A DNA stretch of 54,849 nt, from NCBI GenBank assembly GCA_035718185.1, contig DASTHN010000054.1, positions 1 to 54,849 of the forward strand. The letters are read 5' to 3'. The translations under genes and the position numbers were made by a program. Source of the stretch: Actinomycetota bacterium. GTDB lineage: Bacteria > Actinomycetota > UBA4738 > HRBIN12. Numbering within the stretch: position 1 is the stretch's first letter; every line of letters begins with the position of its first letter. The notes below the pieces were generated by a model. It did not search any database. It was not told the DNA's origin and saw only the letters and a list, made by a program, of their open reading frames with translations. This document shows positions 24,956 through 34,645 of the stretch, piece by piece.

Positions 24956-26013
24956 GGTTCCCTCCTTGTCGTCGTGGCCGCGGGCGCGACCGGTAGCTCG
25001 AACGTGAACACGCTCCCCCGTCCCGGGCTGCTGTCGGCCCAGATGCGACCGCCGTGAGCCTCGACGACCGAGCGCGCGATCGCGAGGCCGATGCCGGTCC
25101 CGCCCTCCTTCTGCGAGCGGGCCGGGTCCACACGATAGAACCGCTCGAAGAGCCGTGGCAGGTGCTCGGCGGCGATGCCCGGCCCCGTGTCCGCGACGTG
25201 GACGTCGACGGCCCCATCGTGGCGCTCGGCCGAGACCGTGACCCGCCCGCCCTCGGGAGTGAAACGCACGGCGTTGTCGAGCAGGTTGAACAGGACCTGG
25301 TGGATCCGCTCGCGATCGGCGAGCACCGGGGGCAGATCCTCGGCCAGCCGGCGCTCGAGCACGACGCCCCGGTCGGCGCGGGCGACCCCGATCTCCGAGA
25401 GCACCTCGGAGACCAGCGGCCCGAGCGTCACCTCCTCACGCAGGAGGGGCAGATCGCCCGATTCCAGGCGCGAGAGCTCCAGGAGCTGGTCCACGAGCCG
25501 CCCGAGCCGGTCGGACTGCACGAGCATGACCTGCAGGGTCTCGGGGTCGGGGCGCTCGACCCCGTCGAGCAGGTTCTCGAGGTGCGCACGGAGCGCGGAG
25601 ATCGGGGTCTTCAACTCGTGGCTGACGTTCGCCACGAGGTCACGACGGAGCCGCTCCAGCTGCTCGAGCTCCTCACTCATCCGGTTGAAGGCGTGGGCGA
25701 GCTGGCCGACCTCGTCGATCGACGCGGTCCGGACCCGGGCACGGTAGTCCCCGGTCTCCATCCGCCCAGCTGCCCTGGCCATGTCGCGCAGCGGCTGGGT
25801 CATCCCGCGCGCGACCAGCCGGGCGATCACGAGCGCGATCCCGGCCCCGAGCGTCCCGGCCAGCAGCAGCTCCCACCAGTGCTCGCGGATCGCGAAGACG
25901 CGGAAGCCCAGACCGAGGATCACGTACACCAGGGCGATGGTCAGGCCGACCGCGAACACGATGATGGTCGCGAACTTCGCGCGGATCGTGGGCAGCCGCT
26001 GGAGGAACGTCAC
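24952..26013 (-). CDS. HAMP-domain sensor histidine kinase with 2 TM helices and a very short external loop
   Basis: HAMP, H-box SHELKTP, NLLDNA, DTGPGI, FYRVDPARS, GTGIGL. Confidence 0.95.
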   Translation of the reverse strand: MTFLQRLPTIRAKFATIIVFAVGLTIALVYVILGLGFRVFAIREHWWELLLAGTLGAGIALVIARLVARGMTQPLRDMARAAGRMETGDYRARVRTASIDEVGQLAHAFNRMSEELEQLERLRRDLVANVSHELKTPISALRAHLENLLDGVERPDPETLQVMLVQSDRLGRLVDQLLELSRLESGDLPLLREEVTLGPLVSEVLSEIGVARADRGVVLERRLAEDLPPVLADRERIHQVLFNLLDNAVRFTPEGGRVTVSAERHDGAVDVHVADTGPGIAAEHLPRLFERFYRVDPARSQKEGGTGIGLAIARSVVEAHGGRIWADSSPGRGSVFTFELPVAPAATTTRREP

Positions 26014-26014
26014 C

Positions 26015-26725
26015 TCAGGGCTCCTGGTCCTCGCGGAAGGCGTACCCGACGCCGTGGACCGTTCGGATGAACCCGCGATCGCTCCCGTCCTCCCCGAGCT
26101 TGCGTCGGATCCTCGCGACGTGGGAATCGACGACCCGTCCCCCTGCGTAGTCGCGGTAGCCCCAGATCCGGTCCATCAGCTGCTCGCGCGTGAAGACGAC
26201 GCCGGGTTCGCGTGCCAGGGTGAGTAGGATCTCGAACTCGAGCGGCGTCAGGGCGATCTCCTCGCCCTCGACGCTCGCGCGGTGCCGGTGGGCGTCGATC
26301 GTCAGACCCCGGCGGTTGAGGGGTTCCGTAGGCGGCGCGCTCTCGAGGGCGGTCGCCCGCTCGACCCGGCGCAGGATCGCGCGTACCCGCACGGCCAGCT
26401 CCCGGAGGCTGAACGGCTTCGTGAGGTAGTCGTCGGCGCCGACCGCGAAGCCGGCCACCTTGTCGGACTCCTCCGTGCGCGCGGTGAGCATGAGGACCGG
26501 GACCCAGCGCTCGCGCTGGATGATCCTGCACACCTCGAGCCCGTCCATCCCCGGGAGCATGAGGTCGAGCACGACGAGGTCGGGGCGCTCCTCGTCGCAG
26601 ATCTTGATCGCCTCGGGGCCGTCTGCCGCTACGAAGACCTGGTACCCCTCGCTCTGCAGCCTGGCGCGGACGGCCTCGGCGATCGCCTCCTCGTCGTCAA
26701 CGACGAGCACCGTCGGCTGGCTCAC
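26015..26725 (-). CDS. OmpR/PhoB family response regulator
   Basis: LVVDDE, DLVVLDLMLPGMDG, MLTAR, GADDYLTKPF, winged helix RVVDSHVARIRRKL, TVHGVGY. Confidence 0.96.
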   Translation of the reverse strand: MSQPTVLVVDDEEAIAEAVRARLQSEGYQVFVAADGPEAIKICDEERPDLVVLDLMLPGMDGLEVCRIIQRERWVPVLMLTARTEESDKVAGFAVGADDYLTKPFSLRELAVRVRAILRRVERATALESAPPTEPLNRRGLTIDAHRHRASVEGEEIALTPLEFEILLTLAREPGVVFTREQLMDRIWGYRDYAGGRVVDSHVARIRRKLGEDGSDRGFIRTVHGVGYAFREDQEP

Positions 26726-26731
26726 CCGCCC

Positions 26732-26737
26732 ATCGTA
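26732..26737 (-). promoter_or_regulatory. -10 hexamer TACGAT, leaderless spacing
   Basis: 6 nt upstream of the response regulator GTG; no SD. Confidence 0.65.
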
Positions 26738-26747
26738 TCCGCAGGTC

Positions 26748-26766
26748 GTGGCCGCCTTTCGGCCAC
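26748..26766 (-). terminator. Hairpin after rseP
   Basis: GTGGCCG-aaagg-CGGCCAC between the rseP stop and the two-component promoter. Confidence 0.4.
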
Positions 26767-26790
26767 CGTGTTGAGAAGTTATGGCGGCGC

Positions 26791-27912
26791 CTAGGGCCCG
26801 AGAGGGATCGGTTTGACGATGTCCAGGTAGACGAACGACACCGTCAGCACGATGAAGAACGTGGCCACGGCCAGCGAGACCGGCACCACCTTGCGCATGT
26901 CGACGGGCTTGCCGCGGACCTTCTCGATCGCCAGCACCGCGAGGTGGCCGCCGTCGAACGGCGGCAGCGGCAGCAGATTCAGGAACCCGATCACGACGTT
27001 CACGAACGCGAAGAGCGCCAGCAGGTCCGCCGGGTTGCCGGCCGATGCCGTTTGACCGGCCGCCTGACCGATGGCGACCAAGCTCCCCGCGTCGGTGGGC
27101 TGGCGCGGGGCGTCGGTGAACACGAGCTCCGCCACCCGCCCGATCCCCTCGGGTCCGAACACGCGGCCGAGGCTCCCCGCGATGTCGCCGATCGACCGCA
27201 CCACCAGGTTCGCGCCGCCCGCCAGCGACCCGAGGACGCCACGCTCCTCGCGCGCCCAGTCCAGGAGCACGCCGATCCGGCCGACGCGCTCGCCCGCGAC
27301 CGTCGCGGGCACCGGCGCGATCGTCACCGTGAACCGCTCGCCATCCCGCTCGACCACGAACGCGATCGGCTCGCCGACGTGCTCGCGCGTGTAGGCGACG
27401 AGCTCGCTGTCCAAGGGATCGTCGATGTCACCGATGCGGACGATCCGGTCGCCCGCCTGGAGCCCGGCCACCGACGCGGGCGACGGTTCGCCGCCGAGCG
27501 TCGGCGCCACTTCCGAGACGATCGGGCTGTTCGGGACCTGCTCGCCGACCAGCCCGAGCCACAGGGCGAACAGCACGAACGCGAGGACGAAGTGCGTCGC
27601 CGGTCCGGCGACGATCACGAGCGCGCGTTGCCAGATCGGCTTCGCGCCGAACGTGCGGGGCAGGTCCTCCGGTTTGACGGTCTCGTACGGGTTCATCCCG
27701 GCGATCTTCACGTAGCCACCGGCCGGGATCCATTTGACCCCGTACTCGGTCTCGCCGCGCCGTGTGGACCAGATCCGCGGCCCGAAGCCGACGAAGAACT
27801 CGGTCACCATGATCCCGAACGCCTTCGCGACCCCGAAGTGCGCGAGCTCGTGGACGACGATGACGGCGATCAGGGCGACGACGAGGCCGACGATCCCGAG
27901 CGACCCGTCCAT
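26791..27912 (-). CDS. rseP: RIP (M50B) intramembrane metalloprotease with PDZ domain
   Basis: VHELAH (HExxH), GFGP, GGYVKIAGM, PDZ, NLLPLPPFDGGH; follows dxr. Confidence 0.95.
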   Translation of the reverse strand: MDGSLGIVGLVVALIAVIVVHELAHFGVAKAFGIMVTEFFVGFGPRIWSTRRGETEYGVKWIPAGGYVKIAGMNPYETVKPEDLPRTFGAKPIWQRALVIVAGPATHFVLAFVLFALWLGLVGEQVPNSPIVSEVAPTLGGEPSPASVAGLQAGDRIVRIGDIDDPLDSELVAYTREHVGEPIAFVVERDGERFTVTIAPVPATVAGERVGRIGVLLDWAREERGVLGSLAGGANLVVRSIGDIAGSLGRVFGPEGIGRVAELVFTDAPRQPTDAGSLVAIGQAAGQTASAGNPADLLALFAFVNVVIGFLNLLPLPPFDGGHLAVLAIEKVRGKPVDMRKVVPVSLAVATFFIVLTVSFVYLDIVKPIPLGP

Positions 27913-27925
27913 CAGCTCGCTCCGG

Positions 27926-29083
27926 TCACCGGGCCTCGACGAGCTCGGCGGCCCGGCGTCGGGCCCAGCCGTCGGCTCGCTCGAGGCTGACGACGGAGAC
28001 GACGGACGAGGGTGCCTCGTGCTCGTCGACCACCGCCGTGACGATCTCGACGATCCGCGTGAGCGGGATCTTGCCCTCGAGGAAGGCCATCACCGCCACC
28101 TCGTTCGCGGCGCTCATCACCGCGGGGAACGTGAGCCCGAGCTCGCCGACGCGGTACGCGAGGTCGATCGCGGGGAACGCCTCGCGGTCGACGGGCTCGA
28201 ACGTCAACGAGCGCTCGGTGAGGGGCACGGACGCGACGCCGGTGGGCAGCCGCTCGGGCCACCCGAGCGCCAGCTGGATCGGCAGCTTCATATCCGGCAC
28301 GGCGAGCTGCGCCGTCATCGATCCGTCGCGGAACTCGGCGATCGCATGCACGAGTCCCTCGGGGTGGATCACCACGTGGATCTGCGCGTAGTCGATCCCG
28401 AACAGGTAGTGCGCCTCGATCACCTCGAGACCCTTGTTCATGAGCGTCGCCGAGTCGATGGTGATCTTCGGTCCCATCACCCAGACCGGGTGCGCGAGCG
28501 CCTCCTTGACCGACGCCTTCGCGAGCTCGGCGCGGCTCCACCCGCGGAACGGACCTCCCGAGCCGGTCAGGATCACGCGCTTCAGGTCCTCGCGCCGCTC
28601 GCCCCGCAGGCACTGGGCCAGCGCGGCGTGCTCCGAGTCCACGGGGATCAGGCGCTCGGGCTCCCCCTTGATCAGGTCGAGCACGAGCTCGCCGCCGATC
28701 ACCAGGCTCTCCTTGTTCGCCAGCGCGAGGGTCTTGCCGGCCTGGAGCGCCGCGAGCGTGGGAGCGAGCCCCGCCGAGCCGACGAGCGCGTTCAGCACGA
28801 GGTCCGCCTCGGCGTCGCGGGCGAGCGTCTCGGCCGCCTCGGGACCGACGAGCAGCTCGACGCCCCGGATGCCCGAGAGCCTCTCGTTCAGGTCGCGCGC
28901 CGCGTCCTCGTCGGCGATCGCGACGTGGGGCGGCAGGAACTCACGGATCTGGCCGACCAACAGCTCCCGGTTCGTGCCGGCCGAGAGCCCGACGACCTTG
29001 AAGCGGTCGGGGTTCCGCCGCACGACGTCCAAGGCCTGCGTGCCGACCGACCCCGTCGACCCGAGGATCACGAGCGTGCGCAT
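27926..29083 (-). CDS. dxr: 1-deoxy-D-xylulose 5-phosphate reductoisomerase
   Basis: LGSTGSVG, LANKESL, PVDSEH, SGGPFR, MGPKITIDSATLMNKGLE. Start at MRTLVIL. Confidence 0.98.
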   Translation of the reverse strand: MRTLVILGSTGSVGTQALDVVRRNPDRFKVVGLSAGTNRELLVGQIREFLPPHVAIADEDAARDLNERLSGIRGVELLVGPEAAETLARDAEADLVLNALVGSAGLAPTLAALQAGKTLALANKESLVIGGELVLDLIKGEPERLIPVDSEHAALAQCLRGERREDLKRVILTGSGGPFRGWSRAELAKASVKEALAHPVWVMGPKITIDSATLMNKGLEVIEAHYLFGIDYAQIHVVIHPEGLVHAIAEFRDGSMTAQLAVPDMKLPIQLALGWPERLPTGVASVPLTERSLTFEPVDREAFPAIDLAYRVGELGLTFPAVMSAANEVAVMAFLEGKIPLTRIVEIVTAVVDEHEAPSSVVSVVSLERADGWARRRAAELVEAR

Positions 29084-29090
29084 CGGAGGA

Positions 29091-29096
29091 AGATTA
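29091..29096 (-). promoter_or_regulatory. -10 hexamer TAATCT, leaderless spacing
   Basis: 7 nt upstream of the dxr ATG; no SD. Confidence 0.65.
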
Positions 29097-29140
29097 CCCC
29101 GGGTGCCGACGAAACCACGCATCGGGCTGCGAGCGCCGGC

Positions 29141-30688
29141 TCAGGCCAGCAGGAGCCGCAGGTACAGGAACGCAGCCGGCAGCACGAACAGCATCCCGTC
29201 GATCCGATCCAGGATGCCGCCGTGCCCAGGCAGGATGCTGCCCATGTCCTTGATGCCCAGGTCGCGCTTCACGAGCGACTCGGCGAGGTCTCCGAGCGGT
29301 GCGAACACCGACACGACGAGCGCCAGGCCCACGGCCCGCGGGAGCTCGAGCAGGTCGATCTGCGTGACGAGGCCGACGGCCAGGGCGACCACGACGAGCG
29401 ACGCCCCGAGCGCGCCCTCCCACGACTTCTTCGGAGACACGGTCGGCGCGAGTGGCCGGCTGCCCCATAGGTATCCGACCGCGAACGCCGACGCGTCGTA
29501 GGCGACCGTGAGACCGAGGATCGCGACCACCAGGCTCGATCCCTCGTCCAGCCAGAGGGTGGTCATCACGTACCCGGCGAACAGCGGGATCCAGGCGATC
29601 CCGAGGACCGTCAGCGCGACGTTCGAGATCACGTTGCGGCGGTGGGCGGCGGGGACGGTCATGTACCACAGGAAGGAGGCCATCGCGCCGAGCGCCGTGA
29701 TCGCCAGCATCGCGGCCTCGCCCTGGAAGTAGCCGGCTGCGAGGACGAGCACGCCGGTGACGAGGCCGAGCGCGGTCGCGGGCTGGTAGTGGCGCTTCTG
29801 GAGCGCGAAGTAGAACTCCCCCTGGGCGATCACGACGACCGCGCCGGCCAGGACGGCGAACGGCGCCGGTCCGATCGCGATCGCGCCGACCGCGAGGATC
29901 GCGAGCACCACGCCCGTGAGGAAGGCGATCTGGACGTTGCGGCCCGGGGCGCGCCGCTCGACGTCCGGGCCGACCTCGACGGCCGTCGGCTCCTGCCAGC
30001 TGGGTCCCCCCAGCCCTTCCGCCCCCACCCGGACCGTTCGGACCGGGGTTTCCGGCTCCGGCCCGTCTGGGGTGCCGCCTTCGGCGGCGGTCGGCGCGAG
30101 CAGCTCCTCGATCCCGGCCTCGGGCCGCGTCTCGTACTCCTCGGTCGTCGCCCCCGACTCGGGCGGCACATCCTCGCGGACGGAGGCCGCGAAGTGCTCG
30201 GCCGCGGCCTCGAGATCCGCCGACGACGGTGCCTCCTCCGGCTCCTCGATCGGTTCGGCGACGGCCTCGGTGTCCTCCCCGCTCGGACCGCCGGGCAGAT
30301 CGACATACGCGTCGGGTGGCCGCTCGCGCTCTGAGGCGATCGCCGCGCCCACGTCCTCCTCCTCGTCCTCCTCCGCGAACAGGAACGCTTCGACCGCGCT
30401 CTCGCCTTCCTCCTCGAGGTCCTCGCCCCCGCTCGATGCCGGCTCCTCCGGAGCGGGGGGTTCGGCGAACAGCGCCTCCGCCTTGGGCTCCTCCGCCTTG
30501 GGCTCCTCGGCCGCGGGCCCCTCCCGCTCGGCCGTCGGAGCATGCTCCTCCGGCGCCGGTGCCTGGGCCTCGGACGTCGCCGAGGGCTCGACAGACTCGG
30601 GCCAGTCGACGTCCTGGATCGGCGCGAAGAACTTGTCCAGGTCCTCGAACAGGTCCTCGCGGTCCTCGCGCCCTTCGTCCTCGGCCAC
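29141..30688 (-). CDS. cdsA: Phosphatidate cytidylyltransferase with a long acidic N-terminal extension
   Basis: C-terminal DASAF..G, SPKKSWEG, GDLAESLVKRDLGIKDMGSILPGHGGILDRID. AAGGAG SD inside the frr 3' end supports the long start. Confidence 0.93.
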   Translation of the reverse strand: MAEDEGREDREDLFEDLDKFFAPIQDVDWPESVEPSATSEAQAPAPEEHAPTAEREGPAAEEPKAEEPKAEALFAEPPAPEEPASSGGEDLEEEGESAVEAFLFAEEDEEEDVGAAIASERERPPDAYVDLPGGPSGEDTEAVAEPIEEPEEAPSSADLEAAAEHFAASVREDVPPESGATTEEYETRPEAGIEELLAPTAAEGGTPDGPEPETPVRTVRVGAEGLGGPSWQEPTAVEVGPDVERRAPGRNVQIAFLTGVVLAILAVGAIAIGPAPFAVLAGAVVVIAQGEFYFALQKRHYQPATALGLVTGVLVLAAGYFQGEAAMLAITALGAMASFLWYMTVPAAHRRNVISNVALTVLGIAWIPLFAGYVMTTLWLDEGSSLVVAILGLTVAYDASAFAVGYLWGSRPLAPTVSPKKSWEGALGASLVVVALAVGLVTQIDLLELPRAVGLALVVSVFAPLGDLAESLVKRDLGIKDMGSILPGHGGILDRIDGMLFVLPAAFLYLRLLLA

Positions 30689-31249
30689 CTAGATCTCCTT
30701 GAGCTCCTGCTCCTTGTGGCTCACGACCTCGTCGATGAGCACCACGTGCCGATCGGTCAGCTTCTGGAGCTCTTTCTCCGAGCGGACGAGGTCATCTTCC
30801 GAGATGGAACCGTCCCGCTCAAGTCTCTCGAGCTCTTCCTTCGAATGCCGGCGGACGTTCCGGACGGCCACGCGGCCCTCTTCGCCACGGTGGTGCACGA
30901 CCTTGATGAGATCCTTCCGCCTCTCCTCGGTCAGCGGGGGGAAGCTGAGGCGGATGATCTGGCCGTCGTTCGAGGGCGTGATGCCGACGTCGCTCGCGAG
31001 GAGCGCCTTCTCCATCGCGCCGATCGCGTTCTTGTCGAAGGGTTGGATCACGAGCATGCGCGGCTCCGGCACGGAGAACGAGGCGAGCTGCTGGATCGGA
31101 ACCTGCGTCCCGTAGTAGTCGACGGTGAGGCGCGACAGCAGGGCGGGCGTCGCGCGGCCCGTCCGGACGCCCGCGAGCTCCTCCTTGAGGACGGACACCG
31201 CCTTGTCCATCTTGTCCGCTGCGTCGGCGAGGACGGCCTCGATCGTCAC
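30689..31249 (-). CDS. frr: Ribosome recycling factor
   Basis: [35 protein letters not shown] overlap with pyrH. Confidence 0.98.
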   Translation of the reverse strand: MTIEAVLADAADKMDKAVSVLKEELAGVRTGRATPALLSRLTVDYYGTQVPIQQLASFSVPEPRMLVIQPFDKNAIGAMEKALLASDVGITPSNDGQIIRLSFPPLTEERRKDLIKVVHHRGEEGRVAVRNVRRHSKEELERLERDGSISEDDLVRSEKELQKLTDRHVVLIDEVVSHKEQELKEI

Positions 31250-31998
31250 CGCACGCCTCCGTGGACCAAGGTCCCGATGGGCTCCCCCGAGACCACCCGC
31301 CGGATGTTGCCCGGCTCCCGAACGTCGAACACGATGATCGGCAGGCGGTTCTCCATGCACAGCGAGATCGCCGTCGCATCCATGACCGAGTAGCCCTCGC
31401 GCAGGACGTCGAGGTATTCGATGGAGTCGAACCGCTCGGCCGAGGCATCGAGGTGCGGATCGGCCGTGTACACGCCGTCGACCTTCGTGCCCTTCAGGAT
31501 CGCCTGCGCACCGATCTCGAGCGCACGCTGCGCGGCCGTGGTGTCGGTGGAGAAGAACGGCGCGCCGATGCCGGCCGCGAAGATCACGATCCGACCCTTC
31601 TCGAGGTGCCGGGTCGCTCGGAGCGGGATGTAGGGTTCGGCGATCTGCGCCATGTGGATCGCGGTCTGGACCCGCGTGGGGACGTGGATCTTCTCGAGCG
31701 CGTCCTGGAGCGCGAGCGCGTTCATCACGGTGGCGAGCATCCCCATGTAGTCCGCGCGCGCGCGCTCGATCCCCGGCGCCTGCCGGCCGCGGAAGATGTT
31801 GCCGCCGCCGACGACGACCGCCGCCTGCACACCGAGGTCGACGACGTCGGCGAGTTCGTGCGCGATCTGAGTCGTCGAGTCCGTCGAGATGCCGTACCCC
31901 GTGTCCGATGGCGAGAACGCGTCTCCCGAAAGCTTCAGGAGGACCCGGTGGTAGTGCGACCGGGCCGAGCCCTCCGAGGACCGCTCGGCTTCGTCCAT
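31246..31998 (-). CDS. pyrH: Uridylate kinase
   Basis: [41 protein letters not shown]. Confidence 0.98.
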   Translation of the reverse strand: MDEAERSSEGSARSHYHRVLLKLSGDAFSPSDTGYGISTDSTTQIAHELADVVDLGVQAAVVVGGGNIFRGRQAPGIERARADYMGMLATVMNALALQDALEKIHVPTRVQTAIHMAQIAEPYIPLRATRHLEKGRIVIFAAGIGAPFFSTDTTAAQRALEIGAQAILKGTKVDGVYTADPHLDASAERFDSIEYLDVLREGYSVMDATAISLCMENRLPIIVFDVREPGNIRRVVSGEPIGTLVHGGVR

Positions 31999-32003
31999 GC
32001 GCG

Positions 32004-32009
32004 ACCCTA
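32004..32009 (-). promoter_or_regulatory. -10 hexamer TAGGGT, leaderless spacing (a second, TAGGCT at 32009-32014, uses the tsf stop)
   Basis: 5 nt upstream of the pyrH ATG; no SD. Confidence 0.5.
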
Positions 32010-32011
32010 GC

Positions 32012-32620
32012 CTAGTCGAGTTCCTCGCCCAGCTTGTACCGAACGAACCGGCGCACCGCGATCTTCTCGCCCACCTTCGCGCTCACCTCGTCGAGGAGAC
32101 CCTGGATCGTGCGGGAGTCGTCCTTCACGAACTTCTGGTCGAGCAGGACCGTCTCCTCGTAGAACGCCTTCAACTTGCCCTCGACGATGTTCGGGATGAC
32201 CTTCTCGGGCTTGCCCATCTCCTTGGCCTGCGCCTCGAAGACCCTTCGCTCGTGCTCCAGCACGTCGGGCGGGACCTGCTCGCGTTGCAGGTACTTCGGC
32301 GCCGCGGGGCTCGCGATGTGGAGCGCGATGTCCTTCACGAGCTGCGTGAACTCGTCGGTGTTCGCGACGAAGTCGGTCTCCGAGTTCACCTCCACGAGCA
32401 CCCCGACGGTGTTGTTGAAGTGGACGTAGGCGTCGATGCGCCCCTGGTTCGCCGTCCGGCCGGCACGCTTCGCCGCGGATGCGAGGCCCTTCTGCCGCAG
32501 GAGCTCGACGGCCTTGTCGACGTCGCCGGCCGCCTCCCGGAGCGCGGACTTGCAGTCCATCATCCCGGCCCCGGTCAGCTCCCGGAGCGCCTTCACCTGC
32601 TCGGCACTGATGTCGGCCAT
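32012..32620 (-). CDS. tsf: Elongation factor Ts (short form)
   Basis: [37 protein letters not shown]. Confidence 0.98.
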   Translation of the reverse strand: MADISAEQVKALRELTGAGMMDCKSALREAAGDVDKAVELLRQKGLASAAKRAGRTANQGRIDAYVHFNNTVGVLVEVNSETDFVANTDEFTQLVKDIALHIASPAAPKYLQREQVPPDVLEHERRVFEAQAKEMGKPEKVIPNIVEGKLKAFYEETVLLDQKFVKDDSRTIQGLLDEVSAKVGEKIAVRRFVRYKLGEELD

Positions 32621-32623
32621 GTC

Positions 32624-33544
32624 TCAGCTCTCTTCCTTCGTCGCGTCCGACGTATCGGCGGACGCCTCCGCGGCCTGGCTCGTTTGCTCCGCGGCCTGGC
32701 TCGTTTGCTCCGCGGCCTGGCTCGCCTGCTCCGCGGTTGCTGGAGCGGTCGGCGCGGACGCGGGAGCGGGGGCCGAGGCGACGACCTCGTCGGGCTCGGG
32801 CTCGATGTCGGGCTCGGGCTCGATCTCGGGGCCCGTCGCGCGCGTCACGATCGCTTCGCGGCCTTCCTGCCGCCCCTCGGCGAGCGCGTCGGCGATGATC
32901 CTGGTGACGAGGGACACGGACCGGATCGCGTCGTCGTTGCCGGGGATCACGTAGTCGACCTCGTCGGGGTCGCAGTTCGTGTCCACGATGGCGATGATCG
33001 GCAGGCCCAGCTTGCGCGCCTCGTTCACCGCGATGTGCTCCTTCTTCGTGTCGATCACGAAGATGGCATCCGGCAGCCGGTCCAGGGCCTGCATCCCACC
33101 CAGGTTGCGCTCGAGCTTGTCGGCCTCGTGGCGGAGCCGGATCGCCTCCTTCTTCGGGAGGAAATCGAAGGCGCCGGTCCGCTCCATCTCCCGAAGCTCC
33201 CGAAGGCGGATCAGCCGGCGCGAGACGGTCTGGAAGTTCGTGAGCATCCCGCCGAGCCAGCGGGTGGTGACGTACGGCATGCCGACCCGGGTCGCGTGCT
33301 CCTCGATGACCTCCTGCGCCTGCTTCTTGGTCCCGACGAACAGGACGACACCGCCGCGGCGGCCCAGGTCCCTGGCGAACGCGTAGGCCTCCTCGAGACC
33401 CGTCAGCGTCTTCTCGAGGTCGACGATGTAGATCCCGGAGCGTTCCCCGTACAGGAACCGACCCATCTTCGGGTTCCAGCGTCTCGTCTGGTGCCCGAAG
33501 TGGACGCCTGCCTCGAGGAGCTCCCGCCTGGTGACGACAGGCAC
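32624..33544 (-). CDS. rpsB: 30S ribosomal protein S2 with acidic low-complexity C-terminal tail
   Basis: [53 protein letters not shown]. Confidence 0.99.
   Translation of the reverse strand: MPVVTRRELLEAGVHFGHQTRRWNPKMGRFLYGERSGIYIVDLEKTLTGLEEAYAFARDLGRRGGVVLFVGTKKQAQEVIEEHATRVGMPYVTTRWLGGMLTNFQTVSRRLIRLRELREMERTGAFDFLPKKEAIRLRHEADKLERNLGGMQALDRLPDAIFVIDTKKEHIAVNEARKLGLPIIAIVDTNCDPDEVDYVIPGNDDAIRSVSLVTRIIADALAEGRQEGREAIVTRATGPEIEPEPDIEPEPDEVVASAPAPASAPTAPATAEQASQAAEQTSQAAEQTSQAAEASADTSDATKEES
32666..32736. repeat. 21-bp tandem repeat, about 3.4 copies, in the rpsB tail
   Basis: CTCCGCGGCCTGGCTCGTTTG x2 exact, third copy CTCCGCGGCCTGGCTCGCCTG; encodes AAEQ(T/A)SQ. Confidence 0.9.
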
Positions 33545-33677
33545 GGCGCTGCCTCCTTCCGGTTGTCCCTCCGCCCGGCTCTCCCCGCCCCGACCCGGCC
33601 TGCCGGCCGAGACCTCGGGTACGGTCCCCGGGCGTGCGTGCTCGACGCTCGTCGCGCCGGCGGCGGGCAGTCTAGCA
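33545..33677 (-). promoter_or_regulatory. rpsB promoter (extended -10 TGcTAGACT at 33669-33677) and ~115-nt structured leader
   Basis: TG-n-TAGACT, GC hairpins, strong SD GGAAGGAGG. rpsB leaders are known autoregulatory sites in other phyla. Confidence 0.55.
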
Positions 33678-33700
33678 GCGGGGGCCCCGGACCCGGCGGC

Positions 33701-34645
33701 TCACCGCCGCCGGAGCTTCACCGGGGTGTCGGGGATCTCGTCCTCGACGGCCATGAGCCGGTAGGCGAACGCCGCCAGGAACGACAGGTGCACGTAGGTG
33801 CACACGAGGGCGTACACCCAGGTCGCGAGCGGCGGATTCACCCCGAGCAGCACGCCGCCGGGCGCCAGCGCCGTGAGGATCGGAAGCGTGAGGAAGATGT
33901 AGAGCAGGCACATGAGCAGGTGCCGGCTCCCGGGCATCAGCGCCGCCCTCACCCCCCGCCGCACGACCTCCTGGAGGGGGGTCCGCGGCTCGCGCAGCGC
34001 CAGGACGGGAGCGAACACGAACAGGAACAGCGCGGCGACGAGGCTGAGGATCGAGACGAGCAACCCGAGCCCGGCGCCCAGGGCTTGCTGCACGATGCTG
34101 CCGACGAACATGAACGTCATCGACATCAGGCCGTACACGATCGTCACGGGGATCACGCGCAGACCGCGCCGGAGGGCCTCGCCGATCGTGCCCTCACCTT
34201 CGTAGGCCCGCACGATCAGCGCCGTGAGCAGGCCGAGAACGACCGCGCGAACGAGCAGGAACCCCCCCGTCGAGATGAGGCCGGTGAAACCCGGGCCGAA
34301 GATCTCGAACGAGGTGTTCGCGTCGTAGTACGTGCTGATCGGCGGGAGCGCAAGCAGGTTCACGAGGAGGCTGAACGGACCCTCGAGACCCAGTGCCACG
34401 AGCCCGAGCCACATCACGAACTGCAGGCCGAACGCCGAGAGCAGGGTTATCGGTGAGGCCCCCACGGTGATGAACCCTCGTGCGAGCGAGCGGCCGATCG
34501 GCGGCCACGCGCTATCGGCGCTCGGCGGCGCGAGCCAGCTGAGGAGCCGGGGGACCTGGGGACGCTCGTCGGTCGTGGCGGGTGTTCGCGCCTGGGCCCC
34601 GGAGGGGCGGCGAGAGCCCGTCGGCTTCTTCCGCTTCCGGCTCAT
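33701..34645 (-). CDS. Hypothetical multi-pass membrane protein with basic N-terminus
   Basis: About 6-7 hydrophobic helices; ATGA overlap with the upstream gene. Confidence 0.8.
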   Translation of the reverse strand: MSRKRKKPTGSRRPSGAQARTPATTDERPQVPRLLSWLAPPSADSAWPPIGRSLARGFITVGASPITLLSAFGLQFVMWLGLVALGLEGPFSLLVNLLALPPISTYYDANTSFEIFGPGFTGLISTGGFLLVRAVVLGLLTALIVRAYEGEGTIGEALRRGLRVIPVTIVYGLMSMTFMFVGSIVQQALGAGLGLLVSILSLVAALFLFVFAPVLALREPRTPLQEVVRRGVRAALMPGSRHLLMCLLYIFLTLPILTALAPGGVLLGVNPPLATWVYALVCTYVHLSFLAAFAYRLMAVEDEIPDTPVKLRRR

